A stretch of DNA of 62,652 nucleotides, the filler included, from Hydrolagus affinis (Eukaryota), in assembly GCA_012026655.1 (NCBI GenBank). It is 3 parts of 3 records of this genome, joined end to end, with 100 filler letters (N's around TTAATTAATTAA, not from the genome) between each part and the next. Parts side by side here need not be neighbours in the genome. Positions count along the whole stretch, not along the records: positions 1 to 22,061 come from JAAILG010011956.1; 2 more parts are not named here. One strand, written 5' to 3'. The notes below the pieces were generated by a model. It was given only the letters and a program-made list of their open reading frames with translations. It was not told the origin of the DNA and searched no databases. Positions 1 to 12,958 of the stretch are shown here, piece by piece; positions within the stretch are counted from its first letter, which is position 1, and every line of letters starts with the position of its first letter. A program made the translations under genes and the position numbers.

Positions 1-146
1 GGAGCTGGTGTAGGTTATTTCAGTCTCTCCTCCCTCACTCCCTTATTTAGGGTTTAGGACAGTGACCTCACTGCTGGCTGCTGCTGTTTCACTGCAGACC
101 TTGCCCGGGGTCAGTCTGCTCCCAACTGCTCTCGTCTCTAATCACA

Positions 147-3100
147 ATGGCCGAGAAAGAAGAGAAAGCAAAAGCGAAGGGGAACGGCAAGCCCGGGGTG
201 AATGGCAAGCCTGGACAGGGTGGTGAGGATCCTGAGGAGAAAGTAGATCTGCCCGATCTGGGGCCGTTTGAAACAAACGCTGGGTGAGTGTCACAGATTT
301 AATCGGTACATATTATCTGTGGAATACTGAGGGAAAGGCGGGCCAGATTGTGCTAACCAGAGAGTCAAACAGTCAGTCAGACCTCCAGCTATAACTAGAG
401 CAAGGTCGCAAAAGATAGTTGCCAAGCCATGAGATCCTATGGAACAGGGATAATCTTCGTTGCCCAGCAATAATGATTTGGTGGTGACAAGCGCAGTGCA
501 AATCTCAGTGATCGGAATAGTAAGATACGTGGTCTGTACATCAGTGCACATAAAACTATAGACATATACAGTATGTCCTTGGCTGCACATGCTGTGTGTG
601 CATAGCGTGAGCAAGTTATGGATATCTGATGTTGATGTATTGAGCGCAGGGAAGGGGAGAGCTGCATTGATGGAGGCGCCGTCGTTTAGTTGAACCCAAA
701 GTCCTGTCTTTGCCTGTTCAGGTAGACGTCAAAGATCCTGTGGCATTACTGAAAAGGTCTCCCTGTCAACAATCCCCCAGATAAAATTAGTCACTCACTT
801 CACTGCTGTTCGTGGAATATTGCTGTATACAGAATTGATAAAGGCCGAGTTTGCCCACAAAATACAGTCACTACACTGTAGTGCTTTTAGATGTTTTGAC
901 GATGCGATATTGAGCTGTATCAAATATAATAAACCTTCCATTTGATATTGCACTTTTCACATCTTCTAGACATCTCAAAGCGCTTCACAGAATATATTGT
1001 AAAGTGAATTGACTGCATATTTGTGGGCAAAACACAGCAGTCAATTGCACACAGCAGTGTCCCACAAACAGTCGCGGATTGAAGTGACCCATTTTTTTTG
1101 TGTGCAGAATTATTATCAGGCTTGTGGAGCAAGGAAACTTGCCCAAGGTTTTGGCCTTCCGTGAATTGAATCCAGGTTTCTCGTGTGCGAGGTGAAAGCT
1201 CTAACAACTATGCTACAGGAACTCCACAGCAAACTGCAGTATTTTCCCAATATATAACAAAATTACATTTGTATAGCACCTTTCACATCAGGAGGATGTC
1301 CCAAGGAGCTGGACAGTCAGTGTTTTGGACCAGACCTGGGTCGGGATCGGGGAGGGTGGAGGGAAGGGTGGGGAAGGAAGGCGACTGATGGCATGGTCAA
1401 AGGAGAGGGTCTTGAGGCAGATCTGGAAGAAGGCAATGGAGGGGGCAAGGCGGAGGGGTTCCGGGATCGAATTCCAAAGGTTGGAGGCAGAGTAGCTGAA
1501 GGTTCACTCGCCGATGGTGGAACTGGTGGGTCTGGGGACTTGGAGCCCGCCGGAGACCACTGAGCGGAAAGAATGGACAAGTTGGTAGGGGGTTAGCTGG
1601 TCGCAGAGGTGGGTGGGGCAAGGCCATAGAGGGTTTTGAAGATGAGGACCAGGATTGTGAATTGAAACCTCTGTGTGATAGGAAGCCAGTGGAGTTGGGC
1701 GAAGATGGGTGTGTTAGGTTGGCGAAGCCTGGTGAGGGAGAGTACACAGGCTGCAGAGTTCTGGATGATCTGCAGCCTATGGAGGGAGGAATTGGAGAGG
1801 CATTGTCATATTCGAGCCTGGATGTAATGAAGGCATGAATGAAGTTTCATTGGCAAGAGGTAGTGGCAGCGTCTGGCAATGTTGCAGAGGTGAGGGAAGA
1901 CAGAGTGGGTCATGGCATGAATGTGGGGGAGAAAAAACAGTTGAGGATTGAACAAGACACCTCGGCTGACTGGCTTGGTGAGGTGGAGTGTGCATCTTTG
2001 AAGGTTGATGCTGTCAGTGGCTGAGGTGCGGAAGCACTGGCGCGAGCCAATCAGAAAGGCCTCGTCTTTGTTGAACTGTAGAAAGTTAGCTTTTATCCAG
2101 GACTTGATATCTGACATGCAGTCTGACAAGACTGTAGCGGTCCTGAAATCGAGGGTGGAGGCAATAGGATAGAGTTGAGTGTCAACTGTACATAGTTTTG
2201 TGTGTCCCCATATAGATAGGGAGGGTATCACCGTGAGATCTTTAATGCCATTGCTGTCTTTTATTAAAATGAATTTATTAATAATTGTGGTAGGCGCAGA
2301 CCTGAGATGCCTTTACTTTTGGTGATTAAAGCTTCTTAATTCACAATCTAAAAATAAATAGTATTTTCTACTCAATGGTTACTTTTTCTTCCATTGCTTT
2401 CTGTCTGTCCCTACACCAGGACCAATCCCCTGCCAGGCCAGGACCAGAGCTAGCGCTAGTCTCATTCTATTGCCAGCCTCACACACATGTGAGATAGGCC
2501 CAGGGTGAATTATCCTCCCCACTGCCAGACCTCCTGGTGGGTGAGATACTGGACCTCCTGTCAGCATGGCTGAGGCTGGGCTGGAAATCGAAATCCCACT
2601 GATTGTGGCTGAGGAGAGAGCAGGGCACTGCTCACAGCACAGAATGGAAAGGTCATTCCATTCACAGCAGCACATCAGGGAGACCCAATCTCCCCATCAT
2701 CCCAGGAATCCAATTCCATCTATGCAGCGTATCTCATGTCATGGGGAAGCCTCAAAGGGCTTTATAGTGCCGACTGAGAATCTAAGCTGATGGTGGTGGG
2801 GTGGGGGGCATTGTGGGGGGGAAGCTGAGGAAAGTGAATGGGGAGGAGCTGGGTGTCTGGCACGCATGGAAAGCCATCATCCGCTTCAGACTATCGAAGG
2901 CTTGAGAATTACAGAGTGTGGGTTGGGTGTGTGGAGGGAGGGGCAGAGGGTGGGGGTGAGGAGTGAATGGGACCCAAACGCAGTCAAAAAAGAGGTCTTT
3001 AAAGTGAGCTTTAAAGATGGGTAAGGTCCATAGAGCGGGCGAGGACAGAATGGCTGAAAGCCCACTTATCGATGTGGGGAGTGAGGGTCAGGTCAGGTCA

Positions 3101-5246
3101 GCCCAGTGTTGTTTGAGCGGAGGCTGTGTTATTTCTCTCTGCGGTAAGTATTCAATGAATGCCCCCTCCCACTTCCTGAAGCAGTTCGTGTGTTTGACTC
3201 ATGGGACTTTGTGCTGAACCAAGCCTGCCCTCGATCTGGGTTTGGCCAGCCGTCATCACAGACCATGATCTGTAAGTTCCTCACACCCGAGCCTCGCTGA
3301 TACAGGGTGTTGGACCACTGATGGGAGGGGAGCTGAATCCACAACCATCAGAAGTATGTGGGTTCGAGTCCTAGACTTGATATTCTAGATTGATACTCCA
3401 ATGCAATGTTGGAGGGGGGGTGGGGGTGTGCTGCAATGTTGGAGGTGCCATCATTCAGGTGTTAAAGTGAGGTCCCATCTGCCTGTTCAGGTGGGTGGTA
3501 AAGATTCCGAGGCACTAGTCAAAAACGAGATCAAGAGTTTCAACTGGCCAAGAAAATATACTATCAATTCACTTTGGAATATACTGTATATACTGTATTA
3601 ACATCTCGAAACACTTCACAGTAATTACCGTGCGTTTTGTAAGCAAATGTAACAGCCAAGTTTCACATAGCAATGCCTCCCAAAAGTAGCCGGGGAAACT
3701 CCCTTCTTCTTCCAAACAGTGTTATACAAATATAAGTTATTTAACGTCCACCTAAACAGGCCAACGAGATCTGGTTTAATATCTCATCAGAAGGCTGTGA
3801 CCTGTGACAATGTAATGCTTTCCACCCCCCCACCACCCGGTACTTCACTGGACTGTGAGCTCAAAATCCCTGAGCCTACAATCTTCTGACCCAGAGGTGC
3901 GAGTGCTACCGAATTAGCAATAATAATAATAATCCTTCCATTGGATACAGCGCGTTTCACATCTTCTAGGCATCCCAAGGCGCTTCACACAATACACTGC
4001 AAAGTGAATTGACTTGATGTTTGTGGGCGACAAGCGGCAGACAATTGCGCACAGCAGTGTCCCACAAACAGTCCTGGATTAAAAATCTATGCTGACTGGT
4101 GAAAGCTGTAGACAAATTGATGTGTTTAAGAGGGAAAAAGTTATTCTAGGAAAGATTAATGGAAATCAAGAAAGTAAATGGTGTCCTGGCCAACAAACCT
4201 TGGGAGGGGTGGAGGGGGAAGGTTGGGGTGAGGAGATAAGCGAGGTCTCCATGGAGACAATAACACTGCTGCACGTGATTGGCTGCTGCGTTTTGCCCAC
4301 AATATATACAGTCAATTCACTTTACAACACATTCTGTGAATCGCTTTGAGCCATCTCACCCACAAATATACAGCCAATTTTCCTACTTTTCTTCATCCTG
4401 CCCAACCCCTCCCCCCCTACTCTTGTCCCTACCTAAGTGCGCAGCGCCTTGGGATGTCCTCTCTACGTGAAAGGCGCTATATAAATGTAAGTTTTGATTG
4501 ATTGATTTTAAAGGCATGATAAGACGCTATATCAAATACTGTACAAGGATTATTATTATGTAGGTGGGATACATGGAATCTCAGTTTGGTTTGGATTCTC
4601 TTCAGATTGAGATGGTTTTCTGCACGTGTCAGAGATATGGCTGAACCTCTTAACAAAAAAAGGCCTTTGCCACACAGAATAACAATTGCCTATTTTCATT
4701 TGTAGGAGCCGATTTATGATCCATTATTTTAAATTCCAATTCAAAAACGTGGAGTATTCCTCTGGGAGGAACAAGACCTTCCTGTGCTACGTGGTGGAGA
4801 AACTGGGCGAGGACACCGTCAAGACCGAGGGCTACGTGGAAGACGAGCACACGACCACGCACGCGGAGGTCGCCTTCTTCCAGCAGATCTTCGGCCCCGA
4901 GCAATGCAGCGCTGACCTGAAGTACCGACTCACGTGGTTCGTGTCCTCCAGCCCGTGTGCGGCTTGTGCCATCCGGATAGTGGAGTTCCTGCAGGGCCAC
5001 ACAAATGTCTCCCTCACCATCTTCGTTGCTCGCTTGTTCATGTGGGAGGAGCCCGAGGTGCAGGACGGGCTGCGGAGTCTCAAAGCCGCCGGCTGCCGCT
5101 TGAGGATCATGAAGCCCGTGGACTTTACCCACTGCTGGGACACCTACGTGGAGAACGAGGGCGAGGCTTTCCAGCCCTGGGAGGACATTCAGGAGAACAG
5201 CTCGTATCATGAAGAGAAGCTGCACGAAATTTTAGAGAAAGCCTAG
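147..5246 (+). CDS. APOBEC2: APOBEC2 cytidine deaminase family protein, 2 coding exons: 147-283 and 4706-5246 (225 aa)
   Basis: Exon 1 MAEKEEK...LPDLGPFETNAG ends at a GT donor (284, phase 2). Exon 2 follows an AG acceptor and reads FKFQFKNVEYSSGRNKTFLCYVVE...THAEVAFF...TWFVSSSPCAAC...LFMWEEPE, the APOBEC2 signature with the HAE and PCxxC zinc motif. A GT donor lies just after the stop (5251), suggesting a non-coding 3' exon. Confidence 0.95.
920..1219 (-). mobile_element. tRNA-derived SINE; same family recurs at approx. 12355-12657(+), 13580-13893(+), 20535-20795(+), 33880-34150(-), 35545-35790(-), 37599-37960(+), 56040-56215(-)
   Basis: Shared head with pol III A/B-box-like motifs (B box GTTCGAATCC at 13621-13630), shared body CACAGCAGTGTCCCACAAACAGTCG and an (ATT)n tail, seen in many dispersed copies. 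Boundaries are approximate. Confidence 0.8.
1250..2235 (-). mobile_element. L2-clade LINE 3' fragment (degenerate RT C-terminus); shorter relatives at approx. 5790-6060, 6340-6670, 8590-8960
   Basis: ORF 1806-2231 reads LSDCMSDIKSWIKANFLQFN...GVLFNPQLFFLPHI, typical of the L2 RT C-terminus. It has frameshifts and ends in the recurrent AAAGGCGCTATA(C)AAATGTAA-type tail shared with other copies. Confidence 0.75.
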
Positions 5247-7968
5247 AAAGGTGAGCATCTCAGCAACCTCAGCGCTCGTCAATTGCTTCTCCAGGTTGGA
5301 AGTGATAACATAACCACTGGCCCTCCGGCCGTTGAAAGAAATATCTCAGAGAGATCTCTGGACGTGAATAGGATTCTAATTGGATTGAGAAAGCAAACCC
5401 AGAACAATGCTCTTAAATGCGCCGTCCCAATAGAACGGGAAAGCACAGGGTCGGGCCCTGGAGGTGAATCTTAGGGTAGACATACTAGACACCAGGAATT
5501 ATTTTGTTACCCCGAAAGTGACAGCTGGGCATCAGACAGGCTGGTCATTGGCACTCTATCAAGAAATAATTTTGATTCAGTGATGGGAAGGTGATGGGTG
5601 ATTGGGATTAAATAAAACCAAGGAATTGGACACCAGAGCCTCTCTTATGGAGAGTGTGTAGAACTTGTCATGACCGGCCATGTTTTTGATTCAGGGAGTG
5701 AGTGTTGAACAGCTGGCTGAGAGCTGGTAGTTTATTAGAATTTTATACCTGGTTCAAGTGAACTGTTAATCACAGAAACAACAAGAAATTATATTTAAAC
5801 AGCACCTTTCACGTCAGGAGGACGTCCCAAGGCCCCGGACAGTCAGGACCCGCGCATTGGGTTGGGATCAGGTGGAGACGTGGGAGGGTAGGTGTAAGAC
5901 AGTGGTCAAATGCGTGGTTGCAAAAGAGAGTCCTGAGATGTGTTTTGAAGGAGGCAATGGAGGGAGCAAGGCTAAGAGACTGGGGGATGGAGTTCCAATG
6001 GGTGGGGGTAGAAAGGCTGAAGGCTTTAACTGACAATGGTGGGATGGGATGTGGAGCAGGTCTGTTGAGCGGAGGGAGCGGCCTAGTTGATATGGGGTTA
6101 GCAGGTCACGGAGGATCTATTCAACCGATCACGTTATGCTGGCTCTCTGACAAACCTCTCCTTTTAGTCCCATTCTCCAACCTTTGCAGATATTTATTTA
6201 ATTGCCTCCCAAAAGCTAGTAAGGATTTGACCTCAACCACGGTTTTCAGGTCTGGCTTCCCATGTCCCCTCACAGCCCCCATGTAGTGATGTCCTGAGGA
6301 AGATAATAAAATGGATACAACAACAACTTAGATTTTATACAGCGCTGTCCATGCCAGACGGCATCTCAGAGTGCTTCACAAAGCGGATCACAGGGTCGAA
6401 CCAGAGGGAAAAAGGTGACCAAACGCGTGGTGGAAAAGTCGTTAGGCACGACCTGAAAATAGGAAAGGAATGGACAAGGCGAAGGGAGTGAGGGAGTTCC
6501 AGAGCCTCAGAGCGTAGTGGGTGAAGGTACGGCCACTGACAAGGAGGCCAGACCCAGTAGAGCGAAGGCAACGGGAACTGTTGTGAGGAGAGAGATTAGA
6601 GAAGTAGTGGGGTGCAGAGGAGTGGAGGGATTTGAACACTAGCATAAGTAAAGCAAATGTAATCAATCAGTCCAGTCAAACCTGCCACAAGTAGAAGAGG
6701 ATGAATTGGATAGGATATGGGGAACGCAATGGGGGCTTACTTTGGGGTCGGACTCCCCCCTCCCCCATCCCATCCTTCAAACCTAGATTTTCTCCAGGGA
6801 GAAAGCACAGAGCATTGGGATTTGTCTTCTCACCTGACTTGAGCTGCTGCCCTCCCCATTGAGAACACTCTGCCCAGCAAGCAACACCCTGCCTTCACCC
6901 CCACCCAACCCCACACCCTCACGCCCACCCTGAGTGAGCTAGCCCACCAAAACGCCCGCTTCCTTTCACCTCCCGCTCAGGTACCCAGCCACCAATGTCC
7001 TGCCAACATGAAAAACACCACTGTACACTTGTCCATTGTCCTGTGGAGATCAGGAAGCATTTTATTGGATTGGAGAGAGAGTGAGAGAGAGAGGACAGTG
7101 TAGATTGGCAGGGCTGGTCATAGGTTTTAGTGGGTAGATTGCAATACAAAATTACATTTGTGTAGCATCTGTCATGTCTGGAGGACCTCCCAAAGCACTG
7201 AGGTTCCAGCTGTCACACAGACTGCACAGGACAGAGCGTTTGTCTCCAGAGTTGAGAGGGTTGAGAGGGGATCTGATCGAGGAGGTTAAGGTTATGAACG
7301 GGTAGATACGATGGATGTTGATAGGCTGTTGATGCTAAGTGCTTGATGCTGAGTGCAAAACAAGGACATATACATAAGCCAGATGGTGGGAGATCTAGAG
7401 GGAGCAGTTTAGATGTAATTTCTTCACACCAGAGACTGGTGAGAAAGTTAAACTCAGTGACGGAAGCTGTGGTTGAAGTAAATAGTTTATTGACGAGGAA
7501 AGGGGAGGTATACATGAAGGACAAGGGCATGTAATAGGAGGGTGGGGGAGTGGACTATAACTCTGTCACGGACTAGTTGGGCTGAATGGCCTGTTCTGTG
7601 GCCTAGGGTCCTTTGTAATTGTACGTAACAATAGCTGTCTCCAGTGGAGGAATAGACATCTATACGTCGGGAAGATGTCTCAAAGTGCTTAATACTGGGG
7701 GCAGCTGAGCTGGGGGCCGCTGAATGGAGGGGTGTGGGATGGGGGTGACGGAGGGGAGATTGATCCTATAATTTCTCAGATTGAATTGCAGGTTGTGGTT
7801 TATATAGCAGGAGGTTCAGGAGCAGGACAGTCTATGACTGACTAAAGGGGTTCAGGGTGGAGATGGGGGCTGTTTAATATCTCAGTTTAATCTCAGTCGG
7901 GGCTGTTTAATAGAACAATGGTTGATCACAATCGAAGCATTGTGTGCCTTCCAGCCATCGCTCTGCAT

Positions 7969-8083
7969 CAGCTGTTCTTTTCCAGTTACTAGTTTCCATT
8001 ACAGCTGGTGTATGTGTATTTGTGTGTGTTCAGGGGTCGGGGGGACGGACCAACAGCTGTTTTCAGATCAATTTTAAATATAG
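7969..8083. promoter_or_regulatory. Candidate muscle enhancer: three CAGCTG E-boxes plus a MEF2 site
   Basis: CAGCTG at 7969, 8002 and 8054 (AACAGCTGT); TTAAATATAG at 8074-8083 matches YTA(W)4TAR. Lies 2.7 kb downstream of APOBEC2 exon 2. Confidence 0.45.
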
Positions 8084-9729
8084 ATCTTTTGTATCTAATT
8101 CTGTCCCTGTCTCTGGCTCGCCCCAAACAGCCTGACTGGTTTGCAGTGGGTGTCACTTTATCACAGCAGTTCCCAGGTTTGTTTCAATGAGCTGGCGTTA
8201 CTGGTCAATGTTTTGCTCTTACTCTACTGAGCAGCGTTGGTTAATTGGTTGGTTAATTAGTTAGTGAGTGAGGACCATCAGTGAGGGCCCCCGAAAGAGG
8301 ACTGGAGCAAGCAGATGCTCCCTTGTTATGGCAGGAAAAAGCACAACTCAAATAGCCTCGATCAAAGGTCTCCCGCGTGGAGAGACAATGAGGAATGTGG
8401 ATTTGCTTTTCGCGGTGTCAGTTTGTGTCTCTCTGAGGAGCGGCCACAATCTCTCAGCGTTGTCAGTTTTCACTCTGAACAGCTCGGAAGGAATCAGTCG
8501 CTCATAGACTGTGCAGCGCCATTGAAGGTATACATAGCACAGGGGGATGATACTCTGTGATAAATCACACAATCTCTGTCCAACAGTAACAACAAATTAT
8601 ATCTGTACAGCGCCTTTCACGTCAGGAGGTCGTCCCAAGGAGTTGGACAGTCAGGGCTTGATCCGCACCCGAGCTGGTGGTTGGGATCAGTTGGGAGGGT
8701 AGGGGTTGGAGAGTGGCCGAAGGCACAGTCGAAGAGAAGGGCCTTGAGATGGGTCTTGAAGGAGGCAAAGGAGGGGGCATGGCAAGGGGGCTCTGGGATG
8801 ACGTTTAAGAGGTTTGGGGGCCGAGTGGCCGAAAGCCCGTTCCTGCAAATGGTGGAGCGGGACAGGTGGGGGACACTGAGCAGAGGGAGCGGACATGTTC
8901 GAGGTCACGGGTAGGAAAGGAGCAAGGTTGTGGAGGGCTTTACACATGGTAAAATGAGCAGTGGGTGACACGGAAGTGAAAATGCAGTGTATGTGATGTG
9001 ATAACTGTCTTACGGTGTTAGTTAACACATCACATGCCGCATATTTCACCCTCACAATTACACAACCTTAAAAGCTTAACATTGATGGAACAAATAGATT
9101 ACCAAGTCAGACTTTTTTTTAAACAAATGGGGATAAGAGATCTGGGTGAGGTTTAATCCTCGGCAATATGTAAAGCTGTGAGATTCCCACAGATTTAGCA
9201 GCATCTCATTATAACTCACGGAAGTGATACTTGGGTTACAATAGATCATTGTTGGAATGAACATGCTGGGCTGTGCTGAGGGGGGGAAGCAGTTAGTAAC
9301 AAAGCAACCATGTTGTTGCCCAATAAGAGTAGTTATTGGCTTTGCCTTGCCACTATATAAATGCAAGTTGTTGTCGTTATTGTTGTTCCAACTATCTAGG
9401 GGAAAATGATATTATGGGAGAACGATACTTCCCCCCTCCCACCCTCACCCCTTTAAAGTTATACTTCAAATCCATTCATTCCCTGGCACCTCCCAACCTC
9501 CTCACTCTCCAATCCACCACCTTGCATGGAAGGCACTATAAAAGTGCAAGCTGTTTTTGCTCTACACGTGGAAATTCAACATGAATATCCATCAGAACAC
9601 TCGAGTGCTGTATGTTATTCCCTTAGGCCCCGTGATGAGATTTGGCAATATTTCTTTCTTATGAAAACTACTGCAGCAAAATTGTCCCCAGTAATTGAGG
9701 AAAGGCTTTACCAAGTTCACTCTACGTCT

Positions 9730-9896
9730 AATAAAAACAGAAGTCACTGGGATCACTCAGGTCAGGCAGCATCTATGCAGAGAGGAAAGTCTCTAACGAA
9801 AAAAGGTCATTGACCTGAAAAGTTTTTAAGCCACTCCCCTCTCTCCATGGATGCTGCCTGACCCACTGAGTGTTCCCAGCCACTTCTGTTTTTATT
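9730..9896. mobile_element. Palindromic short element, probably Penelope-derived; relatives at 47208-47410 and a half copy at about 56270-56345
   Basis: Long inverted arms AATAAAAACAGAAG...CTTCTGTTTTTATT with CTCAGGTCAGGCAGCATC / GATGCTGCCTGACC...TGAG. Confidence 0.6.
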
Positions 9897-12780
9897 TCAG
9901 ATTCCCAGCATCTGCAGCGTTTTTCTCTTTTTTTCATTCTATATCTGTACAGTCCAGACTGACGTTCCCTCACACTGGTGGGGAGGGCACTCTCACTCAC
10001 AGCAAGAAAGTGGTGAAATTTCAAGCCCCACCTTGAGGCTGTGAACTCACAGCTCAGGCTGACACCGCCCGGTGCTGAGGGAGGGGTGAATTGTTGGAAG
10101 TATCGTCCTTCTGACAGGATGTTAAACAAGGTCCTGTCTGTGCCAGTTCAAGTGGATGTTAAAAGATCCCATGACGCGATTGGAAGAGAGGAGGGAACTT
10201 CTGCTGGAGTCCTGGCCAACAATTCCCCAGATAAAAATTGTTCATTCACTTCACAGCTGTTTGTGGGACGTTACTGTGCCAAACTTAGTTGCCGCGTCTC
10301 TTACCATCCACCTTGGTGTGAGCTCTTCAGTGTTATGAGCTTTCAGCCACTATGCCCCGAAACTCTGGAACATTCTTCCTCTACGCCTTCGCCTCAGCCC
10401 TTCCTTCCCCATCTTCAGGTCACAGCTGAAGACCTACCTCTTCAAACGGGTCTCTGCCGGCTCAGTGTCATACTCCGTCACTGCCAAGCACTCTGGGAGA
10501 CCGCTCCCTGCACGAGAGTTGCTGTCGATGCTGTACTTGTGGGAGCTGGAGTTTCCTGCATTCCTAGGATAAGAGTGTTAGTCTTTATTGTCCAGATACA
10601 GCAGGCAAGGACACTGCCTCCCGCTTTACGTCCTTGTGTAATGTGTACAAAGTGCAGACCCATTGCCAGCTTTCAGCCCCATTGTCAAGTTTTCTTCTCA
10701 AACGCAGTTCATTAACTCAAGATGGAGCTGAGCTGGCTGATCTTGTGGTTGGCAGCTCATGGTTGCTGATTGGAAGCTTCCACTCACCTTGTTGTCTATG
10801 AAGGAATCGTGCTAGAAATCCTAACAATAGTCCTGATTGGTCATCGCTCTATATCAAATACAAGGATTCTTATTATATAATGATTGAAAAGGTTCGTCTA
10901 CCACCTCGCGCTATCTAAGATTAAAAACATATTGAAAAGAAACAATTTGGTCATTCAATCCACACCTGTTTGTGGGACACTGCTGTGCAAAATTGGCTGC
11001 TGCGTTTCACCCATGAAAATATAGTCAATTCACTTTACAGTATGTTCTGTGATGTGTTCTGAGACGTCTCAAAGATGTGATAAGACGTTATATCAAATGC
11101 AAGCATTATTATTATTATTATTGCTTCTCTTGCACTGCATATCACTGTGATCTGTGATGTACCAATGTTAGTCAGTGACAGTATTTACCTCTGTTACAGG
11201 ATCCCGCCCGCTCTGTACCACCTGATGCCTGGGAGTGGCTGAGAAGTGGAGGAACTGACATATTTCCTCTATCCACTTGGACAGAACAGAATCTGCTGAA
11301 ACGCCTCTTCCTGTGTGTCTGATGTTTGTGAAATGACAGCAAATTGCTGCGTCCCTCACTGCGTAGCTTTAGGGAAAGGGGTTCCAGTCTACCACAGCAA
11401 TGTGTCGACGGGAAATCATTGTCAAATCTCAGACTTTATTCTGTTTGTAAAGTTTGTGTGTTTTGTATGGCGAAATGAAGTGAATTAAAACATGTGACTA
11501 CAAACTCTTGTCGCACGTGTTCTGTTCAGCTACATCAGGATCAGGGATCCGTTATTGGGAAGCGCTCTGAGACGCCGTCCAGCGTGGAGGGCGCCGCATA
11601 AATCCAAGTTGTTGCTGTTGTATCAGTCAGGGCTGTCACCGTTTCCCAGCCAAACCTCGGCAGGCAGGACACAACTTGCATTTACATAGCGTACTTCGCG
11701 CGGGCTGGCGTGACCGAGCGCCTGAAACAGGAAGGAGAAGAGGAAACACACCTTTATAACACTTACTGTTCGAACAAACAAGTAACCCCACCATTCTGGT
11801 AATAATCCGCAGTGTAGCCATCGAATAGAGACCATTTTGTGCTTGTGGCTCAGACCTCATTTCCAGCCACTCACTCCACCTTGTTGTCCACCCTCTGTTG
11901 GCCAGGATGGGTAATGCTGTACTCACTCGTCTCAGGCCAGGTTCGTCCCCTCACCTGACCTGCTCGGGTGGTCGTGAAGACATGTATCTGGTCCGTATTG
12001 TCCTGTGGAGACGAGCGGGAGAGATGAGTGACGTGTCTTGTGGAAGGAGTGACCATGTGTCTAACCTCCACCGAACATGGAATATCACAGCACAACGCTG
12101 GCTGCACTGTCTGGCTTTGTCAGGACCGTACTCTTCACACCAGAAAATACTTCACAGTTTAAACCACTTGAAAATTCAGCTCTTCCACAGAACAGGAATA
12201 GCGATTTGGTGCAATGCCAATCTGCTTTGTACATAATCATTATATGGTTAACTCCAGCAGTTACCCCAACGCACACTCTGGGATTCCCGAACCTTGGCTC
12301 TTGCCAACCTACACATAATACTGTCTGGGACTAGGGATCAGTTGATCTCTCTGCAGAGAGCGTGCACATTCCAATTTCTTACAAGCGCGAGACCTGTGTT
12401 TCGAATCCAGGCAGGTCAGGGCGAAACCTGGGGCAAGTTTTCTTACTCCACACGCCTAATAATAATCTGTCCAAAAATAAAATTGGTCACTTCAATCTAC
12501 AACTGTTTGTGGGGATACTGCTGTGCGCAATTGGCTGCCACTTTTTGCCCACAAATATAGTCAATTTTATATAATTCAGTACAGTATATTCTGTGACGCG
12601 CTTTGAGATGTCGATAAGATGTGAAAAGTACTATATCAAATGCAAGGATTATTATTCCACACCAAGCACAGAGAAATCTTAATACAAACGAGAAACACAA
12701 CACTCAGAAGTTTAATTTGGAGACTTTTTAGCACATCGATGGTTTTCTATGCGAGTCATATAGTGATCAGTAATGTGTTT

Positions 12781-12958
12781 GTGTGTGTGTCAGACTCCTG
12801 GCTAATCACGGTGACGGGTTTCTGTGTGTGTCAGACTCCCGGCTAATCACGGTGACTGGTTTCTGTGTGTGACAGACTCCCGGCTGAGTTTCCATGTGTG
12901 TCAGACTCCCGGCTGATCACGGTGACGTGTTTCTGTGTGTGTCAGACTCTTGGCTGAC
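12781..12958. repeat. Minisatellite with about 41-bp unit, about 4.5 copies
   Basis: CAGACTC(C/T) recurs at 12791, 12832, 12873, 12902 and 12943; unit GTGTGTCAGACTCCCGGCTAATCACGGTGACTGGTTTCT(GT). Confidence 0.9.

Noticed and set aside
41-51. CCTTATTTAGG upstream of APOBEC2 as a CArG or MEF2 site
   Set aside because: Seven A/T between CC and GG (CArG needs six) and does not fit the 10-bp MEF2 consensus.
4650-5225. 191-aa antisense ORF overlapping APOBEC2 exon 2
   Set aside because: Shadow ORF expected from GC-rich codon usage on the sense strand; no recognisable domain or splice context.
4706-5246. Possibility that the deaminase is AID (AICDA), which would be striking next to TCR/Ig-like genes
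   Set aside because: NVEYSSGRNKTFLCY, SSSPCAAC, LFMWEEPE and the N-terminal exon are APOBEC2 signatures, and OARD1 synteny agrees.
12781-12958. 41-bp repeats as a CRISPR-like array
   Set aside because: Head-to-tail tandem units without unique spacers, in a eukaryotic context with no cas genes.
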